NCBI GenBank assembly: GCA_016930515.1
Contig: JAFGGO010000021.1
Span: forward strand, 1 to 41,102
Direction: 5' to 3'
Length of the DNA stretch: 41,102 nucleotides
Origin: Promethearchaeota archaeon
Lineage (GTDB): Archaea > Asgardarchaeota > Lokiarchaeia > Sigyniarchaeales > SOKP01
Positions 27,356-37,611 of this stretch are shown in pieces. Both the position numbers and the translations under genes were made by a program. How positions within the stretch are numbered: the stretch's first letter is position 1; every line of letters starts with the position of its first letter. Below the pieces are notes generated by a model. The model was given only the letters and a program-made list of their open reading frames with translations, was not told the DNA's origin and ran no database searches.

Positions 27356-27667
27356 CTAATAATAGGATAATTCGATGTTCTTTTTTTCCTTGACGATATA
27401 TCCATCTTTATCTGGATTCGTAATGGATATGGCTCGAAAATCGTTATTAATGCCTTTTTTATGCAAGAATTTTTTAATTCTTAATTTAACAGCTCTTTTT
27501 GATAAACTTCCTGGCATCGAAATATCTATATTATTCCCATTGAGCGTAATTTTCAGCTGTGGTAAATTTTCAGCTAAAAATCTCGATAAATCCTCTATTA
27601 ATTGAGCACTTTTGAAACCCAACTCCTTGGCGTCGATTAAAATTGGTTTAGTTGCTTTACTCATCAT
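27356..27667 (-). CDS. rpl22e: Ribosomal protein eL22 (L22e)
   Basis: SKRAVKLRIKKFLHKKGINNDFRAIS...GY matches the eL22 core (SKRYLKYLTKKYLKK..LRDWLRVVA..Y). Size is about 100 aa. Confidence 0.8.
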   Translation of the reverse strand: MMSKATKPILIDAKELGFKSAQLIEDLSRFLAENLPQLKITLNGNNIDISMPGSLSKRAVKLRIKKFLHKKGINNDFRAISITNPDKDGYIVKEKKNIELSYY

Positions 27668-27832
27668 TAATCACAAAGTAAAAAATAGTTGTTGTTATAA
27701 ATTTTTTATGGTTTTCATAACAATGAATTTACACATAGAATCCTCAATAAATCAGAATTAATTCCAATGCTTCGAGATAGATTTTTTTGTAATGTCTAAT
27801 ACTTTGATAATGTATATCAAGGTGATCAAAAA

Positions 27833-29110
27833 ATGGTTGATTATGTGAATCTAGGCTATAGTCCAACTAAAAAGGACCTTGTGGCAATGTACTATGTTGA
27901 AAAAGCGCCAGAATGTAGGAATCTAGAACATGCTTGCGAGGAAATCGCAAAAGAAAGCTCGATTGGAACGTGGACGGACATTTCAACAATGTCGGCAGAT
28001 ATTGCAGAAAAATTAAAACCATCGGCTTACGAAATCGATTCCAATAACAATATCATAAAAATTGCTTATCCACAAGAGCTTTTTGAAGCGGATAACATGT
28101 CACAAATATTAAGTGCCGTTGCAGGGAACATTTTTGGAATGAAAATAATAAATAAATTACGCTTATTAGATATTTCCTTTCCTAAAGATATCGTAGAATC
28201 CTACGAAGGACCTTCGTTTGGAATTGAAGGAATTCGCAAGCTTACTAAAATTAAGGATCGCCCTCTTTTAGGTACCATCGTCAAACCTAAAGTAGGGTTG
28301 AACGAAACGGAACACGCAAGAGTATGTGGGGAAGCTTGGAGTGGGGGTTTAGACATCGTCAAGGACGATGAAAACCTAACGAGCATGAGTTTTAACAAGT
28401 TCCAAAAAAGAATCGAGGAGACCCTTAGAGTAAGGGATAGAGTTGAAAACGAGATGGGGGAAAAAAAGATTTATATGCCCAACATTACCGCTAAAGTGAG
28501 CGTTATGAAAAAAAGGGCTGACATCGTAATTGAAAACGGAGGAGAATATGTGATGGTCGATATTGTCACTGTCGGTTTTTCTGCACTCCAAGAAATGCGT
28601 GATTACTTAGGATCAAAAAAAGTGGTAATTCACGCTCATCGAGCTATGCATGCTGCGTTTACAAGGGATAAAACCCATGGAATGACGATGTTAACCTTGG
28701 CAAAAACAATGAGATTAATTGGAATGGATCAATTACACACGGGAACTGTTGTGGGAAAGATGGAGGGTGATCAAAAGGAAGTTGTGGAGATGAACGATGT
28801 CATCACAAAACAAAAGATTAAAGGAAACGGTTTAACAACACTCGATCAAGATTGGGGATCGCTCAAGCCCGTCTTACCTGTAGCTTCTGGTGGACTTAGC
28901 CCACTTCACATCCCTGATCTGATTAAAATTCTTGGAAAAAACATGGTGTACCAATTTGGTGGTGGTTGTCACGGGCATCCCGATGGAACGAAAGCAGGAG
29001 CAAGCGCAATCCGGCAGGCAATAGAATCTGTCTTAGACGGACTTGAATTGAGCGAGGGAGCCAAAACAAAGGTTGAACTCCGCAAGGCAATCGAAAAATG
29101 GGGGAATTAA
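27833..29110 (+). CDS. rbcL: RuBisCO large subunit, form III
   Basis: ESSIGTWT, AGNIFGMK, GTIVKPKVGL, GLDIVKDDE (catalytic KDDE), HAHRAMHAA, DQLHTGTVVGKMEG, ASGG, GGGCHGHPDG. Confidence 0.95.
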   Translation: MVDYVNLGYSPTKKDLVAMYYVEKAPECRNLEHACEEIAKESSIGTWTDISTMSADIAEKLKPSAYEIDSNNNIIKIAYPQELFEADNMSQILSAVAGNIFGMKIINKLRLLDISFPKDIVESYEGPSFGIEGIRKLTKIKDRPLLGTIVKPKVGLNETEHARVCGEAWSGGLDIVKDDENLTSMSFNKFQKRIEETLRVRDRVENEMGEKKIYMPNITAKVSVMKKRADIVIENGGEYVMVDIVTVGFSALQEMRDYLGSKKVVIHAHRAMHAAFTRDKTHGMTMLTLAKTMRLIGMDQLHTGTVVGKMEGDQKEVVEMNDVITKQKIKGNGLTTLDQDWGSLKPVLPVASGGLSPLHIPDLIKILGKNMVYQFGGGCHGHPDGTKAGASAIRQAIESVLDGLELSEGAKTKVELRKAIEKWGN

Positions 29111-29120
29111 TTCCCTGATT

Positions 29121-30080
29121 TTACCTTTCTATCAGTTCTGGATAAAATTTTTCGAAATAATTTTGGACGTGACTCGAGGCAAATATCCCTGCTTCCGTGA
29201 TCAATCCATCTATGTATCTCCTACTCACGGTTTCGAAGGCAGGATTTAAAATGGTCAATTTATCGTGTTTATCTTCCCAAACTTCGTTAGGATCTCGCAT
29301 TTCTATTTGTTCTAGAATGCCAAACGATGTTTTGGGATTATATTTTAAAAGCGGTGATGCCACGTAAAACGGCACGTGCTCTTCGTGAGCAACAAGAGCT
29401 AATAATCTTGAGCCAATTTTATTTAATACTGTTCCTTCAGATGTGATACTATCTGCTCCAATTATGATCATGTTCACATTATAGGTACTCACCGCCCATC
29501 TCATGGCACTATCGACCACATGTATCACTTCAATACCTGCGTTCAACAATTCTTGCGCAGTTCTTCTTCCTTGTAATTTTGGTTGTGTCTCTGTGTTTAT
29601 CACTTTAAAATTATCTTTACCCTGTCTTTTTGCTTCGAGTAGTATTGCCGTGACCAAGGACGAATGACAGTGAGTCATGACCACAAATTCGGCGTTTCCA
29701 CTTATCCAAGGAATCCTTCGGGCCCCAATTTCGGCTATTTTCTTTCGAGAATTAATGAGCATATTATGGTATTGTGACTTGAAAGTATCAATATTAGTAA
29801 AAACATCATCAACGCATATATTATCCATGCATTGTCTAAATTTGTTCATGACGAAGTTCAATCCATTTCTCATGGCGGGCTCAGTGGCTCTAGAATCTGC
29901 CAAAATGTTCTTTGCGTAATTTAACTTGTCGTAACAATCTTTAATATCGCTGCATTTCAATCGCTTTGCGTAATTGTTTAAAAACTCAATTGCACTAAGG
30001 GCTACATTTGTTGCTCCTTGAATTTCAAGAGAAATTATTTTTTTGATATCTTTTTTTAATTGATCCATGTTTATGACCAT
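29121..30080 (-). CDS. Ribose-1,5-bisphosphate isomerase (eIF2B-like family)
   Basis: IQGA, SRATEPAMRN, VMTHCHSS, TETQPKLQG, VVDSA, GADSIT, NKIGS, NPAFE. Convergent with rbcL. Confidence 0.88.
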   Translation of the reverse strand: MVINMDQLKKDIKKIISLEIQGATNVALSAIEFLNNYAKRLKCSDIKDCYDKLNYAKNILADSRATEPAMRNGLNFVMNKFRQCMDNICVDDVFTNIDTFKSQYHNMLINSRKKIAEIGARRIPWISGNAEFVVMTHCHSSLVTAILLEAKRQGKDNFKVINTETQPKLQGRRTAQELLNAGIEVIHVVDSAMRWAVSTYNVNMIIIGADSITSEGTVLNKIGSRLLALVAHEEHVPFYVASPLLKYNPKTSFGILEQIEMRDPNEVWEDKHDKLTILNPAFETVSRRYIDGLITEAGIFASSHVQNYFEKFYPELIER

Positions 30081-30126
30081 TCATGCATATATTAATGTAA
30101 TTAATGAAACTACGAAAATATAAAAT

Positions 30127-30333
30127 TTAACCTTCTTGATGTGAATTCTTTATATCATTCGATTTTTTCTTCATTTCTTCTTCGTAATCTTTTGAATCAA
30201 CGATAACATGGAACTTTCCAATATATTTGCATTCTCGGCATTCGTACATGTCTGGAGCAAGCCAACCACTAACATTAGTAGCGGCTTTTAAGGTAGGTTT
30301 CATGCATTTTGGACAAAGTCTAATTTTTACCAC
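30127..30333 (-). CDS. Small zinc-ribbon protein
   Basis: CPKC...SGWLAPDMYECRECKYIG (two CxxC motifs). Confidence 0.75.
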   Translation of the reverse strand: MVKIRLCPKCMKPTLKAATNVSGWLAPDMYECRECKYIGKFHVIVDSKDYEEEMKKKSNDIKNSHQEG

Positions 30334-30698
30334 TCATGCTCACGTGAAAATTGTGTATTATACTTAAGTGAAATAATGAGATTTATTATTTTTTTCGAGT
30401 TGATCAAAATAATCATGAGCAATTTAAATGAAATATAAGGTATTAAGGGTTATAATATATCGAATCTGTATGGGAAATGGATTGATTCATTATAAAGCGA
30501 AGGATAAGTCTTTTTTAACCGATTAAGATTTTTTTTTAAAACTCTGCAAATAAAACTTTCATTAAAAGTGGTATTTGGACAATTTTGAGCTATGTAGAGT
30601 TAACAAAAATTTATATAGAATCAACAATTATTATGTTGTAACAACAATCAATTTTATTTAAACCTATTCTTGTTGTTTTTAAAAAAAAACTGATCATC

Positions 30699-32285
30699 AT
30701 GAAAATATTATATGTCAACCCCTCCCGTATCGCATCCGGTCTCGATGCATTTATAAAGGGCCCTCCTTTAAGCTTAATATCAATAGCAGCAATGGTCCCT
30801 GAACATGACGCCCGTTTATTCGATTTTAAAGTCGAAAAATTTCACGAAAATCGTTTTAGGAATATTTTAAGACGAACAGATGTTGTAGCGATTACTTCCA
30901 TGACGCCTCAAATTCATTCGGCAATAGATGTTGCTCGAATGGCAAAAGAAGAGGGTTGTAAAACCATCATGGGAGGATATCACCCGACATTAGCTCCAGA
31001 TTATGTAATTAAAAATCCCGATGTTGATTTTGTAATACGAAACGAGGGAGAACAAACATTCAAGGAGTTAATCAATTTTCTTGATACATCCCAAAATAAC
31101 CAAAAACTAAAAACAATAGACGGAATTTCTTACAAAAATTCTAATAATAATATAATTCACAACAAAGATCGATTCTTAGAAAAGGATCTAGATAAATATC
31201 CCTTGCCTTTGCGCGAACTCTTAAAAAGCAAGAAATATACCAATTGGGGCTTAGTTTGGGACTTGATCGAGACTTCTAGAGGGTGCCCACATAATTGTAC
31301 TTTTTGCTGTATTACTAAGATGTGGGACGATCCTTCTCAAGTGAGGAGATATAGGGCTAAAAGCACCAAAAGAATAATGCAGGAAGTATATAGTGTTAGC
31401 TCGAAAAATAAACTGATTTTTTTTTGCGACGATAATTTCACAATAAATGTAAAGCGTACTAAAAAAATATTAGAAACCTTGATAAGGTCGGGCATGCCAA
31501 ATAAAAGGGGATTTTTTTGCCAATCCCGAGTAGATACCTTATATCACAATCAAGATTTAATACCTTTAATGGCAAAAGCGGGATTTAGGCAGGTTTTTCT
31601 CGGCATAGAATCCATCCACCAACAAAGTTTAGATGCCATGAATAAGAAAAACACCACCCCCGATATGGTGAGATTTGTGGTTCAAAAATTACACGATCAT
31701 GGGATCTCGATTTTTGCTGGAATCGTGCTCGGTTTTCCAGGAGAGACCAAGAGAATGGTCAGACAGACCATTCAATATGCAAAAGAGCTCAAGCCTACGA
31801 TTGCTCAATTTACGCCGATCACGGCGTTTCCAGGAACAAATTTCTACAACGAGATGAGGAATGAGGGAAAAATAACAAGTAATAACTTCAAAAATTACGA
31901 TTTGTTCCATCCGATGATGATGACTGACCAATTATCTACCATGGACTTATATAAATTGGTCCTCGAGGCCTATGCCGCTTATTTTTTAGATGGAGATTGG
32001 TTAAAAACTCAAGCAAAGAACTTTTTAAACCCGTTTTCAAAATTTAATTGGGGTCCATCGTTGATTCAAATGATAAAAACGGTAAAAGACGCTTATGGGA
32101 TGTTTCAAACTCAAGGAATCGCAAGAAAACACATTTCAGACGAGTTAAAACAAATAACCCGCGAATTTAAAACTAAAACCAAAAATGAAAGTTCCAATAC
32201 AATCATCATGGAAACCTCTAAGCAAATCGAGTTGGATCTTAACGCTTTAATTCCTGTTCAAAAAGAAGCGATTGTAAAGGATTAA
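30699..32285 (+). CDS. B12-binding radical SAM protein
   Basis: GGYHPT, NEGEQT, ETSRGCPHNCTFC (CxxxCxxC), DDNFT, LGIES, GFPGET, TAFPGT. Confidence 0.92.
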   Translation: MKILYVNPSRIASGLDAFIKGPPLSLISIAAMVPEHDARLFDFKVEKFHENRFRNILRRTDVVAITSMTPQIHSAIDVARMAKEEGCKTIMGGYHPTLAPDYVIKNPDVDFVIRNEGEQTFKELINFLDTSQNNQKLKTIDGISYKNSNNNIIHNKDRFLEKDLDKYPLPLRELLKSKKYTNWGLVWDLIETSRGCPHNCTFCCITKMWDDPSQVRRYRAKSTKRIMQEVYSVSSKNKLIFFCDDNFTINVKRTKKILETLIRSGMPNKRGFFCQSRVDTLYHNQDLIPLMAKAGFRQVFLGIESIHQQSLDAMNKKNTTPDMVRFVVQKLHDHGISIFAGIVLGFPGETKRMVRQTIQYAKELKPTIAQFTPITAFPGTNFYNEMRNEGKITSNNFKNYDLFHPMMMTDQLSTMDLYKLVLEAYAAYFLDGDWLKTQAKNFLNPFSKFNWGPSLIQMIKTVKDAYGMFQTQGIARKHISDELKQITREFKTKTKNESSNTIIMETSKQIELDLNALIPVQKEAIVKD

Positions 32286-32633
32286 TAATTCCTGAAGTGG
32301 CAGATTTTTATTTTCTTTTTTTATTTATATATAATATCATTTTAAGATTAAGGAATTCGAGAGATACTTTAAACAATTAATTCATTTTTTAATGTTGTTT
32401 TTCTTTCTTTTCAAAGTTTGATGCACTTGAAAATTATCAGAAAAAATTGAGTCTTTATTAACAAGGGCTACTAACCTCCAGAAATACTTCCTGAATTAAA
32501 ATATGAAAAATTTCATACTTTTAGTTATACTGCTTCTTAATTAAAAAATTACTACTCTATAATCATTAATTATTAATCTTAACTCTAATATCACTTATAC
32601 AGAGAAGAGCCATTTTAAAATAAACATAAAGAA

Positions 32634-34460
32634 ATGAACGATTTAGATTTACAACGAAAAAGCTTACCCGAAGAACCAGGAGTTTATTTTTTTAAAGATG
32701 TAAACCATAAGATCATATATGTGGGTAAAGCGATAAATCTAAAAAAGCGTGTATCGTCGTATTTTTTAAAGACGACTTATAACGATCCTTATTATGAGGA
32801 AAAAATCCAGATGCTTGTAGAAAAGATTTATGAAATAGAATATATAGTCACACAAAACGAAAAAGAAGCTAGCATCCTGGAAAACATTCAAATTAAGAAG
32901 AATCTTCCGTTCTTTAATGTTCAAATGCGAGATTCTAAAACTTATCCTTGGATATGTATTTTCTACTCGGAAGAATTCCCAAGAATTCAAATTATCAGGG
33001 GCCCCGAAAAATATTCTCAGAAAAACGCTTTTCTGGGCCCTTATACCGATAAAAAGGAGATCATGAGGGTACTTCGCGATCTAAGGAAGATCTTTCCCTA
33101 TTGTTCTTGTAAAAAAAAGGTAAAAACAAAGCAAAGACCTTGTCTTTATTACCAGTTAAAATTATGCTCTGGACCGTGTATAGGGGAAATAAGTAGGGAA
33201 AAATATTTGGAAAACGTAACTCAAATTGAGTTGTTTCTAAAGGGGGAAACGGATCTCCTTAAGAAAGAAATCCAGGCGAAAATGAATCTTTCGGCTGAAC
33301 AACAGAACTTCGAAGCGGCTGCTTTTTGGAGAGATAAACTAGAGGCAATCGAACATTCTACTTCAAAGCAAAGCGTTTTATTAAGTGATATTGCCGATAA
33401 GGATATCTTGGGATTTTACACTGATAAACTTCAGAAATATGTCGTGCTTATTGTCATTCACATTCGCGAGGGAAAAATTGTTAGCAAGACTCCCATTACT
33501 CTCGATCTACGGGAAAAAATTGTATTCAAAGACGAGTTATTCTCTTCCTTGCTAGAACAATATTATTTGGATTTAAAATTCTCCTTACCAGATGTGATAG
33601 TCATTCCAAAAATCTATAAAGGTATTGATCTATTACGAGCAGTATTAAAAGATACTAAACAAAACATAGTAGTTAGAACCCCATCAGAAGAAGAAAAGGG
33701 ACTCATGAGGATTGCTGCCAAGAACGCAAGAGTAATGATCGAACAAGAACTTCAAATGGAGGAAATCAGAAAAAAAGAAGGGGAACAAACTGCTAAGGCT
33801 TTAGAATCGGCAAAAGAATTGTTAAACTTGCCAAAAATACCTAGAATTATTGAAGGATTTGACATTTCTAACATAGAAGGAGGCGACGCTACGGGCTCAA
33901 TGGTCTATTTTCTTGAAGGAAAGCCCTATAATAAATATTACCGTCATTTCAAAATTAAATCGAAGTCCACACCTGATGATGTAGCAATGATGAAAGAAGT
34001 TCTTAGAAGGAGATATATCATGCTAATGGAAAACGATTGGGAATTACCCGACTTGATATTAGTAGACGGAGGAAAAGGGCAATTAAACGCTGGTGTTTCG
34101 GTATTAAAAGAACTAGGTCTTGAAATTCCCATTATAGGCCTGGCAAAAAAATTCGAAGAAATATTCTTACCAGGTGAAAAGGACCCAATAATATTACCCA
34201 AAAATTCTTCATTATTAAGAATATTTCAAATGGTACGGGACGAGGCTCATAGATTCGCAGTTCGCTTACATAAAAAACAAAGAATAAAAAGAATCACGAG
34301 ATCTACCTTGGATGATATAAATGGCGTGGGTCCAGTTACAAGAAATAAGCTCTTGAAAAGGTTTGGGAGCGTTGAGGGTGTGAAACAAGCAACAATAGAA
34401 GAATTAACTGAAGTTGTTGGACAAAAATTAGCTCGCCTAATTAAAGAAAATGTAAAATAA
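32634..34460 (+). CDS. uvrC: Excinuclease ABC subunit C
   Basis: GIY-YIG PGVYFF..IYVGKAINLKKRVSSYF, Cys cluster, UVR motif, IEGFDISN, PDLILVDGGKGQL, RDEAHRFA, C-terminal HhH. Confidence 0.96.
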   Translation: MNDLDLQRKSLPEEPGVYFFKDVNHKIIYVGKAINLKKRVSSYFLKTTYNDPYYEEKIQMLVEKIYEIEYIVTQNEKEASILENIQIKKNLPFFNVQMRDSKTYPWICIFYSEEFPRIQIIRGPEKYSQKNAFLGPYTDKKEIMRVLRDLRKIFPYCSCKKKVKTKQRPCLYYQLKLCSGPCIGEISREKYLENVTQIELFLKGETDLLKKEIQAKMNLSAEQQNFEAAAFWRDKLEAIEHSTSKQSVLLSDIADKDILGFYTDKLQKYVVLIVIHIREGKIVSKTPITLDLREKIVFKDELFSSLLEQYYLDLKFSLPDVIVIPKIYKGIDLLRAVLKDTKQNIVVRTPSEEEKGLMRIAAKNARVMIEQELQMEEIRKKEGEQTAKALESAKELLNLPKIPRIIEGFDISNIEGGDATGSMVYFLEGKPYNKYYRHFKIKSKSTPDDVAMMKEVLRRRYIMLMENDWELPDLILVDGGKGQLNAGVSVLKELGLEIPIIGLAKKFEEIFLPGEKDPIILPKNSSLLRIFQMVRDEAHRFAVRLHKKQRIKRITRSTLDDINGVGPVTRNKLLKRFGSVEGVKQATIEELTEVVGQKLARLIKENVK

Positions 34461-34578
34461 AATAAACGAAGAAAATTTACTATTTTAAAGAAAAATTTCG
34501 TTTCGATTCAAGGAAAGCGATTATGGGAATTATAACTTTTTAATACTATTTAGAGAAATAAATCGCGGAGGAATTAAT

Positions 34579-34755
34579 TTATTCGCCCCAATCTTCCTCT
34601 GACATTTCAGCAACTTGTGCTGTCGCAACATCGCCCTCAATTTTAACGATTTCCAAGTCAACCACGCAATCGGGACAGGGAATCACTTCTCCTTCGATCG
34701 TACCGTCGTCCAGTTCAAATTCGAAAAAACAGGAGGGACATTCACATTTGACCAT
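34579..34755 (-). CDS. lysW: LysW/ArgW amino-group carrier protein
   Basis: From the in-frame ATG at 34755: CPSC...GEVIPCPDC..LEIV...EEDWGE, ending in the C-terminal EDWGE signature. Confidence 0.92.
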   Translation of the reverse strand: MVKCECPSCFFEFELDDGTIEGEVIPCPDCVVDLEIVKIEGDVATAQVAEMSEEDWGE

Positions 34756-34854
34756 TTTATTCGTAACCTTCTTTTTACAATTATAAGAATAAGTGAATGA
34801 AGGGTTCATTAAAAATAAAATTTTCGGTATTTAAGAGGTTTGATGTGATAAATC

Positions 34855-36108
34855 CTAGCTAAGATAATCGTTTTTGACTCTCGATAATATCGCAAGTAAT
34901 AGCATGACAATTCCTATTACGACGAACGTGGTACTAAGGCTTGCCATTACCAAGTAACCCGTTATAGGGAAAATCACTGTTTTGATGCCTGTTCCAATCA
35001 TGTTGATGGTGCTCAATACGGTTGCCCTGTTTTCGCTTTCTATTTGCGTGTTAATGCCTCTCACATGAATGATACTTCTTGATATGCCAACTCCAACAAC
35101 GAAACCGAAAAGAACGATTATGAGAAGAATAGACCTCAAAATCCCTAATAAAATGAACAAAATACCCGTGATTACCGTGAATGTAAAAAGGAAACTCTTC
35201 TTTCGAACGATCCTGTCGTTTAATTTTGGTACCAGGTTCATAAATATTACTTGACAAATGGTCATTAATGCAGCAACGAAACCAAAGTACACTAAAGGTA
35301 CCCCAAAGCCCTCCAAGTAAGGTTGATACATCCAAAACACGAGAAATATTAGACCTTCGCCGATCATTTGATCAAGTCCAAGGGCAAGAAGCTTTTTGTT
35401 TCGTTTTAATTCTTTTATCCCCGATTTAATGATTGAAAGATAGGATTGATGTGAACTTGATTTTTCTAAGTCGTGGTTTGGTTCTTTTAGCATTAAACTA
35501 ACAATCGCTGCTAGAGAGAACGGAACAAACATGAGTGTTTCTACGAATTGGATGGGAATCAATAAGGTGAGCAAGGAGCCTATTGGTGCTGATATTCCGA
35601 TGCCTGCAACTAAAAAGCTTACATTTCTTGCCACAATTTTATCGATTTCTTTTTCTCTCCCTATTAATTTAAGCGTGTCAAAAACTATTGCGGAATTTGT
35701 CCCCGATATTGATGCTTCTCCAAGTGCCCATAGAGTTTCTCCGATTAAAAAAATTGCTATGTGTGGAATTAATGTGTATATAAAAGCTGCCATTGCTAAC
35801 GAAAATCCTCCCAAAAATAACGAATATTTCCTTCCAATATAATCCGATATTGCTCCGCAAGGTATTTCAAAAAACAATATTGCAAGCCAAAAGTACGCTT
35901 GCAGGAACATTATTTCTATAAACGAGAGCTTTCCCCACGTCATAAAGAACACCGTTATAACGCCCGAAATTAGGTGCCCACCTATTAAGAAATGATATAA
36001 ATACGACTTCCAAATATTTGACTTATATTTCATCGGATTTACTGTGGATTTTTTGTTGATAACTAATTTTTCTTCTTTCTCTTTTAGATCTAACATTTTC
36101 GTTTCCAA
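34855..36108 (-). CDS. MFS transporter
   Basis: FEIPCGAISDYIGRKYS (motif A), GEASISGT, ENRATVLS, and about 12 hydrophobic segments. Confidence 0.92.
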   Translation of the reverse strand: METKMLDLKEKEEKLVINKKSTVNPMKYKSNIWKSYLYHFLIGGHLISGVITVFFMTWGKLSFIEIMFLQAYFWLAILFFEIPCGAISDYIGRKYSLFLGGFSLAMAAFIYTLIPHIAIFLIGETLWALGEASISGTNSAIVFDTLKLIGREKEIDKIVARNVSFLVAGIGISAPIGSLLTLLIPIQFVETLMFVPFSLAAIVSLMLKEPNHDLEKSSSHQSYLSIIKSGIKELKRNKKLLALGLDQMIGEGLIFLVFWMYQPYLEGFGVPLVYFGFVAALMTICQVIFMNLVPKLNDRIVRKKSFLFTFTVITGILFILLGILRSILLIIVLFGFVVGVGISRSIIHVRGINTQIESENRATVLSTINMIGTGIKTVIFPITGYLVMASLSTTFVVIGIVMLLLAILSRVKNDYLS

Positions 36109-36533
36109 TATTAAGTTTTTTTGTTTTATAATTAAAAAAATGTATTGTTTTCCAAGCTCTAATTTGATATCATATGAATTTCCAGAAAGAAAGCGAGTAA
36201 TAGATATGAATAATGAATTATACGAGAATAAGAGCAGGATGAAGTGTTACATTATGTAGGAAGGTTTAGGATAAAAGGAATACTAGAGACTTGTGCTGGT
36301 ATTATGTGGATTAAACTATTTAAAGCGAATATTAGGGTGTATGGTTCTTTCAAGCTTTAATAAATTGTACATGATTACCATCATAAACATCCAAATTTTA
36401 TTACAATAATATCGTGAATCATTTTTTATAAATCTATCGCTCAAAATCGAAATGTGGGCGCTTAATGGGAAAATAATGGGAAAAATGACGATAGATTTTA
36501 TCTTTAAATCTTAAGAAGTCAAATAAGGTTAAA

Positions 36534-37337
36534 TCAATACCGGTCTATTTTAATCGAATTATCGTTTACTTTTTCTCTGATTTTTTTCACTATTTCGTCT
36601 TTTCTTTCGTCGTCAATGGCAAAAACGTAATATTGTGCGGGTATTCTTGCAATGGAATATATCTGTACGATATCGGGTTTTATTTTTTTTATAGCCTCAG
36701 AGAGCGCTTCGATGTTTTGATCGTTATTGTTAGATATTATATTCTTCTTATAAGAATTGTAAACAAGGCACTGGATGGCAAGCTTGTTAGTTTTAGGCAT
36801 CGCCCTTTTCAATAAAACGAGCGAATCTATAATTTCATCTATGGAAGGCGTTTCACGATGTGGTCTATTAGTCTTGATGAAATCTTCTTGAGTAGCTGCG
36901 TCTAACTTTGCTAGCACGAGCTCGAATTCACATATCCTATCTCTTATTTCCTTAAAGTAAAGCGTGCTAGAATTTGTGAATAACGTTAATCTTGGTTTTT
37001 CGTTAGTCCACGCAATTCTCTCTCTTACTTGACGGGCAATTGTTAAAAAATCCAAGATATTTTCGTTAAGCGTGGGTTCTCCGTTATAACCAAAGGTAAT
37101 TGAGTTTAAATGGGGGACGTATTTCAAGATATCTGTCAATTCTTTTCTAAAATGGTGAGATGGTGGGGCGTGTATTCGAAAATCTGGAGAAACTAACTCA
37201 TTTTTTCCCGTGGCACCAATCTCGCAATAAATGCAATCGTAAGTACATTTCTTACACTTGGGTAGGATATCAATCCCGAGAGAAAGTTTTAGCCTTCTGG
37301 ATTGAAATGGGCCATAGGTGTATTCACGGGGCATCAT
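36534..37337 (-). CDS. Radical SAM protein (COG0731-like)
   Basis: YGPFQSRRLKLSLGID, CTYDCIYCE (CxxxCxxC), ITFGYNGEPTL, TNSS, KLDA. Confidence 0.88.
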   Translation of the reverse strand: MMPREYTYGPFQSRRLKLSLGIDILPKCKKCTYDCIYCEIGATGKNELVSPDFRIHAPPSHHFRKELTDILKYVPHLNSITFGYNGEPTLNENILDFLTIARQVRERIAWTNEKPRLTLFTNSSTLYFKEIRDRICEFELVLAKLDAATQEDFIKTNRPHRETPSIDEIIDSLVLLKRAMPKTNKLAIQCLVYNSYKKNIISNNNDQNIEALSEAIKKIKPDIVQIYSIARIPAQYYVFAIDDERKDEIVKKIREKVNDNSIKIDRY

Positions 37338-37611
37338 TTCATAGAATTTAATATATAATATAAATCTATGGAAGGTTTAGGGGCAATATTTAAAAAATTG
37401 CTTAATTAAAATTACACTTTTTTTGACATCTCAAAATATAATAATTTCAAACAAAAAAAATTCCATATGTCAATTGATTATACTTTAAATATTTATGACA
37501 CATGCGAAATATGGCAAAATTGAGATCATTCTTGATCAAATTTTATGTTTGCAAGAAAGAATTGCACAAAAAAATATACTTTTATAAACATGTGATTATT
37601 ATTCATTAACT

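Noticed and set aside
29121-30080. Translation factor eIF2B subunit or MtnA
   Set aside because: The THCHS catalytic Cys motif and adjacency to form III RuBisCO favour R15P isomerase.
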